Part shown: piece after piece, positions 50,301-55,086 of the stretch
Layout of the letters: each line of letters opens with the position of its first letter
Position numbering within the stretch: position 1 is the stretch's first letter
Origin: an uncultured bacterium
GTDB taxonomy: Bacteria; Patescibacteriota; JAHJAL01
DNA: 64,000 nt
Reading direction: 5' to 3'
Assembly (NCBI GenBank): GCA_938004065.1
Contig: CALKWM010000038.1
Coordinates: 66,466 to 130,465 of the forward strand
The notes under the pieces: generated by a model
Database searches by the model: none
Seen by the model: only the letters and a program-made list of their open reading frames with translations
What the model was told of the DNA's origin: nothing
Position numbers and translations under genes: made by a program

Positions 50301-50551
50301 AAAACATCCGGATTTTCTTGCATGTTGGCGATTTTTTCCACCAATTCGTCGGCATGACTGCGGTCGATATCGGTGTATTGCACGAGATTGCCCCATTCGC
50401 TTTTTTGGGTTATGGGAGTGCTATTTACCGTTTCAATTTCCAAAGCAAATGCGGAAAATGATTGCAGGATCAACATAGTGGCCATCATGACAAAGATAGC
50501 TGTTTTAAAAGCTTTTTTGATAGTTTTGGTTTTGATTTTGTTTTTGATCAT
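32390..50551 (-). CDS. giant secreted multi-domain surface protein (6053 aa): LamG, DUF2341-like, Reg_prop-like and GH-like beta-propellers, WxL-like C-terminal module
   Basis: 18.2-kb ORF. Signal peptide (FVMMATMLILQSFSAFA|LE). An acidic/Q-rich N-region ends in LEYPIDIDPT. Multiple LamG signatures and at least 4 DUF2341-like modules. Two near-identical ~300-aa supra-repeats (...TIDT.KW..FDNG.YLSQNDKLIATGGSGAWGSNGL...FEID.LFV.KYS). A Reg_prop/Y_Y_Y-like propeller region (IYVGTDNGLSEIDL...). A 5-blade GH-like propeller (VLKDGDVYKMWYTG..G...YRIGYAISNDGINWQK x5). An Asp-box module (LISPNGTEEW...DYSTNGGVSYT). The C-terminus ends GDYDSTVSIVVIPRY*. Confidence 0.9.
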   Translation of the reverse strand: MIKNKIKTKTIKKAFKTAIFVMMATMLILQSFSAFALEIETVNSTPITQKSEWGNLVQYTDIDRSHADELVEKIANMQENPDVFMATSKLSDEEKTKVIDNIGNASQELVYKDLKDIDSKFEKNELVNSLNTASNDTLESLKKAQLIETYINPETQTEEIIDPKLIFENGSYLSQQTPHKLSIPKKSDEPLELKFNSVEDQNQVARKIDYSIKYQPVSANTANASADENKLVYQNQWDNVDVVYTSLSQGIKEDLILKSDTTRQIDKLASGYHGENNWIFYYQLDLENVTPVLSDNQIHYQNQSGATVASVTAPFLIDNKGEISTNAYLQLLTEQEYRSGLEIDSSRFNLSQTEDMEIDQSLPADNIDENESSIDVKESDQTENQQYESDLSATVQTLDTGDHQSFYDMIINALKYVVKNVFHTLGVSEAQEIDLDTDAQPVSNTPEFDQTINPIEQIGLEDQYPLLDVTPEYSTQEYLYLALVVNVANLEYPIDIDPTTYIFTATDGINTANGQLLSNEITDVKLYDTTTEPTSNYSYNKELKNTLSLNNSIGLVNPANLEALYTFDENDLTTSVEDDTTTNAVAGSLNGDPAYIDGLVGSALEFFGDDEEVIIPDDDKFTFADDFSFSVWVNPDNLDNRQPVLSKGTASNWEYNLEISTEGAVEFTATALNATQLYQITSPKGLIKPQQWSHIIVNRDEADSNFKIYVNSILYADESATGSMANGTANLKIGSTAFTSATHFDGQIDELKMYSTVLTQNEILNLYENAKSKLIGWWDMEDSNDYSGQANHGVITGTTLVDNGRVGRSRSFNTTDNINLGQHYSLSPADNITVESWIKTDSSGPILTKDNEYKLEICPDGRPFFYIYDHNQWQNTAGSAESCTGSTAGIINDNNWHHLTGSYNGKYLRLYVDGVIQQEYYFLGEISADDNDLVIGNGFTGEIDELAIHNRILSNDEIYHHYSQDYTVRSGSIISFDQSIGFAEYSQLALDDLQIITPGVLQISGTDLDGKSLTEKIKLRAGNIVRQLSANRFRSITELRALNEYGESSGAKLQISQGRLVAFSPFHDANWRYGVNKVDDRVSGLWHFDESTGSIVADSSGTNNAGYLAGGQSGTWLYTREIDLSPVTPVDDYQVMLTLNPENFDYQNSQDDGGDLRFYDTNNNELSYWIENWDDTGDSLVWIKVPDSGTSVLTMKYGNSTAENVSDGENVFEFFDDFSGTTIDTSKWVEFDNGNYLSQNDKLIATGGSGAWGSNGLRGTQTFTRADLELNFRYKPTEINDHMMFGWHDSGTGNSYTDLIYAYYDLSSQTVDVYEDGVDRTPTLAGRWNNGTNYRVKMQLKSAGGNTYQKSVDDGLNFETSYNSSYSSETPVKIGLTNHSKSFEIDDLFVRKYSASEPVAAVGGLKLISEQYVAQPVWYDTNWNYRSPLYVDNSQNPYDLTNYQLPVLIDTTSLVPAQMQTDFDDVRFTESDMTTPVDYFYDSANSTPNQTKFWVQLPTIEAKTIKTFYIYYGNSGASSADSFDNVFTKDYDLDSSNIRGLWHMDEGNPSTTISDSSSYANTGTLQNGPTWNGSDGGRFGDDGSTNFSSGDYLTFDGVNDHVSLASAISYSDTSNFSLSMWYKGTDTAQNGEYGKVLLGRDSSDIYANFVLRSGYVEFIHYNSAWQHNLKSTTLVADGNWHHIAFTQDSSQTGYLYIDGRLEAYGSSSNSNDSYPYRINYFMRGYNGQYTSGSIDEVRIVSETLSAEQIRNIYERRNYTVILPTVSIANNETDSNLPAWSENGKYGSALSFDGQNDYVIVPHEESLNNTNQFTIGAWINPGALDGWIYTKSLTINPSTGVDNLQLKLTLNQSNFEYLKANGDGSDLRFADQNGNDINYWIENYDPLSTSEIWLKIPEAGTSKVYMYYGNSGATAETNFDKTFTKETDNNGLIAQWHMDDGSGTTITDNSGNSRNLNFAASANDPAWSSPTLDGGQWAERSDVKFSSGDNVVFDGNDYATTANYNMTANATFTAESWFYPTASHANMNGIISRGSSGSGQWSIAAGRSSYTDRPTFWTSNPSEYLDAPTTLSLNTWHHVVGTYEAGVKKLYVDGQLVGTDSTSGHNSFDIPFTVGRRDYNTNNNYFTGSIDETKIYNRALTAAEVLANYERRAFSEGNSVISLGSQQTGSPASLYQQTLIFDSPTQEANYQAKVELTGANFDYSKVQSDGGDIRFYDLLGNSLDYFFFDWNYGGNSTIYVRIPNQGTAAFYMQYGDGQSFTTEDGDNTISLYDNFTDGQFDQNKWSKIRVDNTSWNEGVDKSGWMKLKAQNGKNMSGDAASAPMIIGQADYMGIDYELSTTIQFESDLSKPSASYPKTKTGLMIYQDDDNYLFFGPAYNESGAAAAMVIIDETDNNSNITYENNAIPTVVDLAIVKQQGGYYFFFKDHNSTSWTQLTNVSYKSFAAERTGVASWSDTSADLPVYFDQIALAKNYQPVNNANLSGEESWDYKRGISLAPATPTDNYQVQVQLDSSFPYSNAQGSGEDIRFYDSNFNKLNYWIEYWNSATWSNRSSIWVNIPDAGTEKIFMYYGNSNVSSESYGELTFPFFDDFTGTTIDTDKWSVFDNGSYLSQNDKLIATGGSGAWGSNGLTSIGTFNRSDKYELRLDYKPTSSTGHIMFGWHDGGTGTDQSDLIYAYYDLNSQTVDVYEDGNNRTPSVAGTWTNGTTYKVSMPLKNNSGAIYQKSSDGGISWEKSYDSTYSSETPLKIGITNYSKPFEIDNLFVKKYSGTESAATLESETNWMYKRTVTLSSNTPADNYQVKLEMDSGDIDYANVNEDGSDIRFFDDNGNKLNYWIERWAVGGTSVVWIKIPDNGTSSFTMYYGNPTAVSETNGQATFDIYDDFEDGVLNTDQWGWTREVAGSWSEGGKQDGWLWIEALEDSNMWEADNSAPVLLADTDMTGQNYELTVRIQASLGEDDQQGGLIVYEDDSNHVQGMRKYWSGQKVNFKVEDAGSVTSNDANFTDNDFDLKIRKYDNTFRFYYKKHNHTDWTSFGSGSEYDLTMTTQFTGLSSYANTGDDVDTFFDDFRVNKINNINPASDIIASLAAEQAKEVDLDETTNIIKKGTAYSIGATDDYFYSTLGSQTISSKLDEGWSHVVQTYDGTSQKIFINGELREEKTYDGSLSINSEDLIIGEKFYGTVDDVLLAGKAFSAEEIKTIYESDNPYTKVQPVEEQNEINNNNIVTDNLVGYWPLNEGTGTATEDASTNNNTGTLTNGPVWSSGINDFGLNFDDSNDYVSVGNVSPLSFEYNQPFTLSAWIKTSNTTTDDIIVSKMENSGNYRGYSLSALNSTTGKLNLVIRNVINSTYISSIGSTKVNDGQWHHVVATYDGSGTYDGTMLYVDGQAETMTKSSDSLGGATIVNTQAFTIGSRASGGVPFAGRIDEVRVYNSELTSGQIGALAHQYDYSFSGDEIASSSAGIEISGDQSSNSDQLAIKIDAGGPTGEATYKVSNSNGIGWSASTYVTSAEKSNLYFDGSDTGVDITFKYSAKFVSGEIYKIASWYTEERSNMRGIRRSFPEVAAIIATDNTTDPDQKSIEIIDTLDNSLWMRFTNTNTDDFLGGDNTLITSVDMLNGQLYAGNSDSSGFGILKVDYIDDSARYFGSEAGSDLIFGNIAYRNQSNEFGQDDKITLNDLSVNDLDAELLAGRITLTAGVSGPNGGVNVIDEYNNTVIYGTSGGDGIDKLKLSTNGHIYMANGTDNNVINIDNIITYKQNFNIANYNELYEDSAIATYQIPTEPINDILVNESESIADEFSSNKIFTATDNGLGIIDTLTSGLSDDSSHDNQNGFTKEITAKYITESMNGPLNLVGMWIAGDQTGVASVSDRGIHSHDMSIHGFGATLSDSDWSQGVRGKSLYFDGSANYLSVADHSDFNFTDSNNLSFGAWVKPSRATTSETVFGQTGLTAATTSFALSTTSNAGKIIYEATVGKGSGLYTTASEEYDLTDTWHYLAGVHDAQNNILKIYIDGEPEADITTPANLDINNPTNNLTIGGSSGGTNLFQGNVQGAFLTKTKLTDNQIKRLYNIGLGALSDNDDDLNRLGGTSDQSQCLALDKNNNTIYVGTDNGLSEIDLDRDVRTNYWTTATTPSLPSNDVSDIDFSGYQALVATNAGARIIKTDGSFSGNSSIGQLQSGKGRDVYTDGAYNYYVSNAGLDIIDIVNNTRHAFVLREDGFNSVAALDGLVFMGTDDDGIYAGNITTMSGESTITQPTFHASSTQPLLSNEIFDLYARRINGINYLVAGTGDGVVLLADYDTSNNYQVYFKNNDGDDITKVWLNEAGDLAYYNATDQRVRVFDDAIDPNLYPFQGSTYSYDRQYSVSTTPNYIGSEVNDLIYVANTSTAESGRDTFYIATNNGVSVIQEHSTPTSGTVKHYVNQKLHDERTGVLIPFDQSYTPENPDTNSYFNTVNNYDPTRAKYNFLSDPDLAGYWDFDQTLPAQIADRSGKNNHGGFGPNTGTSGGKTGNALYLDGNRSYLVVNDNASLHPTSAFSWSGWVWKDEAISNDNAGEPILASKFDGGNNGEFVLYFNKNNKLQLKVSDGSSAVTSGESSAIGTESWHHVAATFDSGNVNFYIDGQLDSTFTVAVTNLQLPPYNNQPASMTDLYLGNDWSVFNSPFGGYIDEVAYYTRALTPEEIQSHASLTDFSNSVTVNNQDSLAYRTSANLTTESGATETFYLNFDETLSGNQGETFTTAIESELQRPNLNMISYGGNTNNNVILNVGTSGSWDDVDVYAPFVLKDGDVYKMWYTGVAGTNDYRIGYAISNDGINWQKYSGNLCSGSGATGNGCIFEHNSSGFDSVYVYQPTVIKENNIYKMWYGGYDGSGLEIGYATSSNGVNWIRQNSGNPVITIGSAGSWDDWGVTYPHVAKEGSVYKMWYSGEQSAYNFRVGYAMSTDGVNWTKYDDANTADCGFSEANDNGCMIDIGSSGSFYQNDIETPKVIKLNNLYYLYFYGQDGSGVFRAGLMTSVNGIDWQIGNEGNPVFNLNTAGQWDDAHIFGLVPIFEKNNIKHYYSAHDGANSRIGLTTLDFEAGRYGKSLRIENNDIYQYDVTNDINRSQGTISTWVKLDNTTDALHEIYNLQSSSGNYQDGLFLSAKSGQITAGLNGDIKLVATNTLTNNYWNHFVLTWGKPSANNENLKLYLNGQLIQTGIYDAVIGQIYNQLQIGGNKAESRDYLKGNIDELRIYNQALNADEITELYNGSLGNSSKINTISKVSEGTIEFDYTPNWNSNVDDEHRVLFDAMAGDPSRVDEQYNQSKTAVNRLRIWKEEGSTLGDNDRLHFGILDNDGDLYEVYTNETIDWTSDTTYRITAQWDLDNNDLTAGGANKIRIMVNDSLVAGDNFTSGVTANKKKNGTDTGIAEEITMSNIGEKFWIGSGAPNPLVNMIDNPSFELNNGSDPADWTKTGTITYDTSQTNSKYGTDAVSITGPDTTNKLQQTIKGLIPGTWTLSWWAKGSASDSTQDMDVQISAGSLTGTTGNNTDPGTTYKYHYITFANDTYGDLTLSLSANSGETVWYDGITLAKGRMDENMQNSSGSFSDFQISTNLKTEAELNAIYLAESYDSINQNATLAGETNNTTSLGVKKVNTSPTASDEIIFVGTKGYTSEGALTQITFGSPDERTDEWRQDSSGGSLTSNRVNSISYSIIRNNLAVATDDAGIFGFYDDVPASISLISPNGTEEWEGGSAQTISWNTDFGICEHIQLDYSTNGGVSYTEIINNLDDTGSYTWDPVASLNSANTTIKVNCMDPFDNELATDVSDANFIIDSTSPEFTIYNIPNPSGDNMVFVRGSGTDTGGATSITEVQYKVDNSDWSNANINSGLGTTSVEFDFSTTALDAGQHTIYVKGKDSSLPGGNELDLSTAAQRTFNVDALSISFDKTLFPINLSVNGDMSMTDSVNVTVTGYGTDYSLAIKADKPPTNRYYPSENIPFYIGNDSWSDSTVGFGWKNTNFNSGNYNDFETGAYEIFKNSFASLIGDTTTVDFKTVIDWTVPAGDYDSTVSIVVIPRY

Positions 50552-50598
50552 TTTTTTTGTTTTTTTGGTTTTAGGTTACAGTTCTCCTAAATCGTATT

Positions 50599-50627
50599 AT
50601 TGTAGCATAATGGTCAAAAAAATGCAA
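50599..50627 (-). promoter_or_regulatory. sigma70-like promoter of 32390..50551 (-35 TTGCAT, 17-bp spacer, extended -10 TGcTACAAT)
   Basis: Minus-strand CCATAAAAACCTTGCAT-TTTTTTGACCATTATGC-TACAAT-AATACGATTT lies ~50-80 bp upstream of the ATG. It shares the CCATAAAAACCTTGCA and TATGCTACAATAATA.GATTT blocks with the 1077..11621 promoter. Confidence 0.6.
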
Positions 50628-50703
50628 GGTTTTTATGGTTGGAAAAATTACTATTATATATGCCTTGATTAGTGGCTATTCATAAGGTTTTTGGGGATTA
50701 CTG

Positions 50704-50737
50704 CCAAAAAACAAGGTCAATTAGTATATTGACCTTG
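50704..50737 (-). terminator. rho-independent terminator downstream of eno
   Basis: Perfect 10-bp inverted repeat CAAGGTCAAT-tagtat-ATTGACCTTG at 50712..50737. On the minus strand it is followed by TTTTTT (complement of 50706..50711), ~70 nt past the eno stop. Confidence 0.6.
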
Positions 50738-50804
50738 ATGTTAGTTTTTTCACAATATGGCAATTATAAAAATTTTTAATAACCTACAATTGCATACTGT
50801 TTAG

Positions 50805-52076
50805 TTACAACCCATACTCACACTTATCGCCCAATTCTTCCTCAATTCGCATTAATTGATTGTATTTTTCCACTCGTTCACTGCGAGACAGCGAGCCGGT
50901 TTTGATGTATCCGGTACCGCAGGCCACTACCAAATCAGCGATAAAACTGTCACATGTTTCGCCGGAACGATGTGATACTATCGCCTTCCAGCCGGCTTTT
51001 TGCGCCATTTTGATGGCATCGACGGTTTCGGTTAATGATCCGATTTGGTTGAGTTTAATGAGAATAGCATTGGCACTTTTGGATTCAATCGCTTTTTGCA
51101 GGTATTCGACATTGGTAACGAGAAAATCATCGCCGACATTCATAACTTGCTCACCGATTGCCTCTTGCAGTTTGGGCCAATGATCCCAATCGTTTTGATC
51201 CAGTCCGTCTTCGATCGAGACAATGGGGAATTTATCAATCCAGTCTTGATATTCGGCTATTATTTCTTCCGTGGACAAGGCCTTTCCTTCTCTTTTCATG
51301 TCATAGATACCGCCGGAGTAAAATTCGCTAGCCGCCACGTCCAAGGCCAGACCGACATTTTTGCCCGGTTTGTAACCGGCTTTTTCGATGGCCTCCACTA
51401 AGATGTCCAAAGCCATTTTATTGGATGGCAGTGACGGCGCAAACCCGCCTTCATCGCCGACAGTAGTTGGGTATTTGTGATGGGAAATTATTTTCTTTAA
51501 AGAGTGAAATATTTCGGAGCCCATTTTTACTGCCTCACACATTGTTTTGGCACCATATGGAACAACCATATATTCTTGAATATCGGTTGAGTTTTCGGCA
51601 TGTTGACCGCCATTGATCAAATTCATCATCGGGACAGGCAAGATATAGTTATCAGTGGGATAATCAAATGTTTCCGCCAAATATTGATACAGGGGTTTGT
51701 TTTGGTCTTTGGCACTGGCTCGGGCTACGGCCATAGATACGGCGAGAATCGCATTGGCGCCGAGTTTTTCTTTGTTTTTGGTGCCGTCTAAAGCGATCAT
51801 GTTTTGGTCGATTAGTTTTTGATCGGAAGCATCCAGTCCTTTGAGTTTTTTTTGGATTTTGTCTTCGATGTTTTTGCAGGCTTGATGGACGCTTTTGCCG
51901 CTATACTCCTTGGCGTTATCACGTAGTTCCAGTGCTTCTCGCTCCCCGGTGGAAGCGCCGGATGGCACAGCGGCTCTTCCCAAAGTTCCGTTGTCCAATA
52001 TCACATCGGCTTCAACAGTGGGATTTCCGCGAGAGTCGAGGATCTGGCGGGATTTGATTTGTTTGATGGTGGTCAT
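50805..52076 (-). CDS. eno: enolase (phosphopyruvate hydratase)
   Basis: 423-aa ORF. N-terminus IKQIKSRQILDSRGNPTVEADV. Contains SHRSGETCDSFIADLVVACGTGYIKTGSLSRSERVEKYNQLMRIEEELG, the hallmark enolase C-terminal signature. Confidence 0.93.
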   Translation of the reverse strand: MTTIKQIKSRQILDSRGNPTVEADVILDNGTLGRAAVPSGASTGEREALELRDNAKEYSGKSVHQACKNIEDKIQKKLKGLDASDQKLIDQNMIALDGTKNKEKLGANAILAVSMAVARASAKDQNKPLYQYLAETFDYPTDNYILPVPMMNLINGGQHAENSTDIQEYMVVPYGAKTMCEAVKMGSEIFHSLKKIISHHKYPTTVGDEGGFAPSLPSNKMALDILVEAIEKAGYKPGKNVGLALDVAASEFYSGGIYDMKREGKALSTEEIIAEYQDWIDKFPIVSIEDGLDQNDWDHWPKLQEAIGEQVMNVGDDFLVTNVEYLQKAIESKSANAILIKLNQIGSLTETVDAIKMAQKAGWKAIVSHRSGETCDSFIADLVVACGTGYIKTGSLSRSERVEKYNQLMRIEEELGDKCEYGL

Positions 52077-52271
52077 GGTAGGTAAAGATTAAAAAAATAA
52101 TAAATTATAAATCCTAACGAACTGTAAATAAGATTGTGAAACTTTACAACTAATTACAAATTACTAACAACTAATTTATGAATAAAAGGGAAAAAGCGGG
52201 ATTGCAAACTATGATAATAATTACTTTTATATTATGAGAGTATTTTTGCCTGTTTTTAGTATTAATTTCAA

Positions 52272-53525
52272 TTATCTATGTGTATTATTTTGCATCAACC
52301 ATTTCCAGATAGGTTTTACATAAATTGTTTGGCGATTAATTTTTATCACATCATCATCATATCTGGTCAAAATCAGACCGGTTTTCAATTTGTAAGTATT
52401 CATAGCATCCAACAGTCCATTTATTTCTCTAGATTCATTTTTGCCATCAATTTTCTGTGTTACTTGAATTGCGGCAGTGATTGTATTTTTCTCTTTTATC
52501 ACAAAATCGCATTCATGTTTGTCTGAATGATAATATATTTCTTTGTTTCTTCTTTTTAATTCCAGAAATGTAATATTTTCCAATAATCGTCCGATGTTTT
52601 TGGAGAACGAAAAAGAAACCGCATTGATTAAACCGGTATCGATGCTGTAGATTTTTTTATTGTTGATAATTTGTTTTTTGACCGAATAATCATATTTACT
52701 TATTAGAAAATACAGATACGAACTTTCCAAGAATTCAAAATAGTTTTTAACAGTCGAAACACTTTGAAACTTCAAGATCTTGGCCAAGTTATTATAACTT
52801 ATCAAAGTCGAAGGATTGGATAAAATATACAAAGATAATTCGCGGAATGATTGGACATCCTTGATCTGATAACGGACAATAATATCTTTGATAAGTATAT
52901 CTTGATAAAGTTGTTTCAATTCATCACTATCACGACTTTGCACAACTTCCGGGAAACCTCCCAATAGTAAATACCGGTCAAATAACTTGTTTATTTGTGA
53001 TTTTTCTTTGGTGGTATAGATCTTTTTATTTTGAAAATCATGGTATTGCAAATACTCCAGCCAGCTAAATGGATATAATTCGATTTTTTGATGGCGACCG
53101 GTTAGCGATGTTGACAATTCAGAGGACAATAATTTCGCGCTACTGCCGGTTACAAAAACTTTATAACCATCACCATACAAACGACTGACAAATTTTTCCC
53201 ATCCGACAATGTTTTGGATTTCATCAAAGAAAAAAACAGAGTGATGATCATAAAGTGTAAAAAATATTTCCAAAAGGTTGTTAAAATCTTCAACTTGAAA
53301 ATCCAACAATCTTTCATCTTCAAAATTCAAATAGTAATATCCCGGGTAACGGTTTTTCAATTGCTTCAATAAGGTTGATTTACCGCATCGCCTGACACCA
53401 ACAATAGCGGTGATTTTGGAACTTTTGATAATTTTTTCAGAAACTTTTCTCTCGATAAACTGGTGTTTCTTTTCAAAACCGGATTTTTGGTCCACTACTA
53501 TTTCCTTGAGTTGGTTTTTATCCAT
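52272..53525 (-). CDS. AAA+ ATPase of the AAA_14/DUF4143 family
   Basis: 417 aa. Walker A IVGVRRCGKSTLL and Walker B/DE VFFFDEIQ. The C-terminal DUF4143-like region is typical of the COG1373 ATPase family. Confidence 0.8.
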   Translation of the reverse strand: MDKNQLKEIVVDQKSGFEKKHQFIERKVSEKIIKSSKITAIVGVRRCGKSTLLKQLKNRYPGYYYLNFEDERLLDFQVEDFNNLLEIFFTLYDHHSVFFFDEIQNIVGWEKFVSRLYGDGYKVFVTGSSAKLLSSELSTSLTGRHQKIELYPFSWLEYLQYHDFQNKKIYTTKEKSQINKLFDRYLLLGGFPEVVQSRDSDELKQLYQDILIKDIIVRYQIKDVQSFRELSLYILSNPSTLISYNNLAKILKFQSVSTVKNYFEFLESSYLYFLISKYDYSVKKQIINNKKIYSIDTGLINAVSFSFSKNIGRLLENITFLELKRRNKEIYYHSDKHECDFVIKEKNTITAAIQVTQKIDGKNESREINGLLDAMNTYKLKTGLILTRYDDDVIKINRQTIYVKPIWKWLMQNNTHR

Positions 53526-53779
53526 TTAGAATGTATATTAATAATATTATTTATACATTACTATTGTATATTATTTGATACTACTTGGCAAGAGTAGTCT
53601 TAGACTACAAGTTTTTTATACCAGACATGATCACCATAGTAACGAGATTGATTCAAATCATTCCCTGTGTAATTTTGGTTTCGGGTCGCTTTGCCCGTCA
53701 TCGATTGGCCAGTGTTCATAGGTTTCGAGCTGGTGAGGTGGTTGGTTTTCCAATGATGGGGGCATGGAATTTGAAAAAT

Positions 53780-54829
53780 TTAAAAATAATTATTGACCGC
53801 GAATTCAAATTGTTTGATGAACAGCTCCTTGAAATATCTTGCGCTATTTTGTTCATAAAACAAAATCATCGCTTTCTTGTATTCGACTTCATCAATTGTC
53901 CTAAGCGACATCGGACATAAGTCATTGGCCAGCATCATGGCATTACCTATCAACCTAGATGTTCTCTTGTTGCCATCTTCAAATGGTTGAGTATAGGCAA
54001 TAAATAAAATGGATAAGAATGCTTGCGAAAATGGATCTGATATTCGATTAATTTTTTTAATCATTCTAATGAGTGTTTCTTTGATCTGATACATGTTACT
54101 TAGCGGTTGATAATTGGTGCCGACGATTCTCACCAATTTTTGGCGCAAACCGGATTTGACATTTAGTTCTTTGGTCAGTAACTTGTGAATGTGTTCGATT
54201 AAGTTAAGTTTTAATTTTTTGAATTTTATCCGATTGGCTATAATGTATTCCAAAGCGTTTTTGTGATTGAGTATCATAATCGCCTCTTCCCTGGTGTGTC
54301 CGGTGGCTTCTTTTTTTTCTTTGATGAGAATTTCGGTATCGATTAATGTATATGTATTGCCCTCAATCCGGGATGATTTCCAACTTAGTTCAATCAACCA
54401 ACGCTCCAGTTCTTTTTGGTAAGCGGTCTTAGTCATGTTCTTTATCTTGCGTTGATAAACTTGGTTTAGTTTGGTTAAATGATATAATTCGTCTTTGCTA
54501 AAAACATTATCTATCCAATCCAAAACAGCAAAGTTAAAATGAATGACCTGATCCGACCTTTCGTCCTGTTCCTGAGAAAAGTAATCTTCTACCGGATAAT
54601 ACTTGAGCAAGGGATTGATTAATTTTTCAACATAAACCAGACTGCGGCCGGAACCTTGTTTCTGGATTAAATTATTTTGCAGCAATACTTCAATATCGCG
54701 GACAATGGTAACACGGGAAATCTCGCCAAATCTGGCTGCAATTTTAGGTTTTATCTCGCGATTGGATATATGACCGGATTGACGGATGAGATTCAAAATA
54801 TATATTTGTCTTTTAGTCAATTTGGTCAT
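53780..54829 (-). CDS. Fic/DOC family protein with N-terminal winged-HTH; Fic motif degenerate (QPFEDGNKRTSR)
   Basis: 349 aa. The N-terminal RQIYILNLIRQSGHISNREI...RVTIVRDIEVLL region is HTH-like. The C-terminal core has ...LSILFIAYTQPFEDGNKRTSRLIGNAMMLAN in place of the canonical H.F.[DE]GNGR..R. Confidence 0.8.
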   Translation of the reverse strand: MTKLTKRQIYILNLIRQSGHISNREIKPKIAARFGEISRVTIVRDIEVLLQNNLIQKQGSGRSLVYVEKLINPLLKYYPVEDYFSQEQDERSDQVIHFNFAVLDWIDNVFSKDELYHLTKLNQVYQRKIKNMTKTAYQKELERWLIELSWKSSRIEGNTYTLIDTEILIKEKKEATGHTREEAIMILNHKNALEYIIANRIKFKKLKLNLIEHIHKLLTKELNVKSGLRQKLVRIVGTNYQPLSNMYQIKETLIRMIKKINRISDPFSQAFLSILFIAYTQPFEDGNKRTSRLIGNAMMLANDLCPMSLRTIDEVEYKKAMILFYEQNSARYFKELFIKQFEFAVNNYF

Positions 54830-54965
54830 TTTTTTATTGTTTCATGATATTATTCTAATTGTATCATTTTGTAACAATTAGTAAATACCCCTGAAGTAAA
54901 AAGATTAGGAGCAATCCATCTTAATTTCTGTCAATTTTACTACAGATAGGAGAAAAGTTAAAGGG

Positions 54966-55086
54966 AAAGGGAAAAAGAATAAAGAAAGCTTAAAGACCCC
55001 CGCCCAAGGCGGGTCTCCTCCAAAGGCGGACAAGCGCCTCGGGCGGAAAAGATTAAGATTTTGATACTCTCACCGCGGAACGGGAA
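54966..55086. repeat. 115-bp direct repeat, copy 1 (identical to 57732..57846); GC-rich hairpin plus T-rich tail in minus-strand orientation
   Basis: 54972..55086 is base-for-base identical to 57732..57846, with 5 more flanking bases at 1 mismatch. Contains GACCCCCGCCcaaGGCGGGTC and AGGCGGacaaGCGCCtcgGGCGG hairpins. Overlaps the last 11 codons and stop of 55053..55775. Confidence 0.85.

Noticed and set aside
1077-50551. Diversity-generating retroelement targeting the C-terminal lectin-like modules of the giants
   Set aside because: No reverse transcriptase gene and no template/variable repeat pair with adenine-specific mismatches is visible in the window. The inter-paralog similarity is ordinary divergence.
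50521-50590. AGGAGA Shine-Dalgarno-like sequence upstream of the 6053-aa gene (32390..50551)
   Set aside because: It lies ~31 nt upstream of the ATG, too far to act as an SD. It is more likely part of the transcribed leader immediately downstream of the -10 box.
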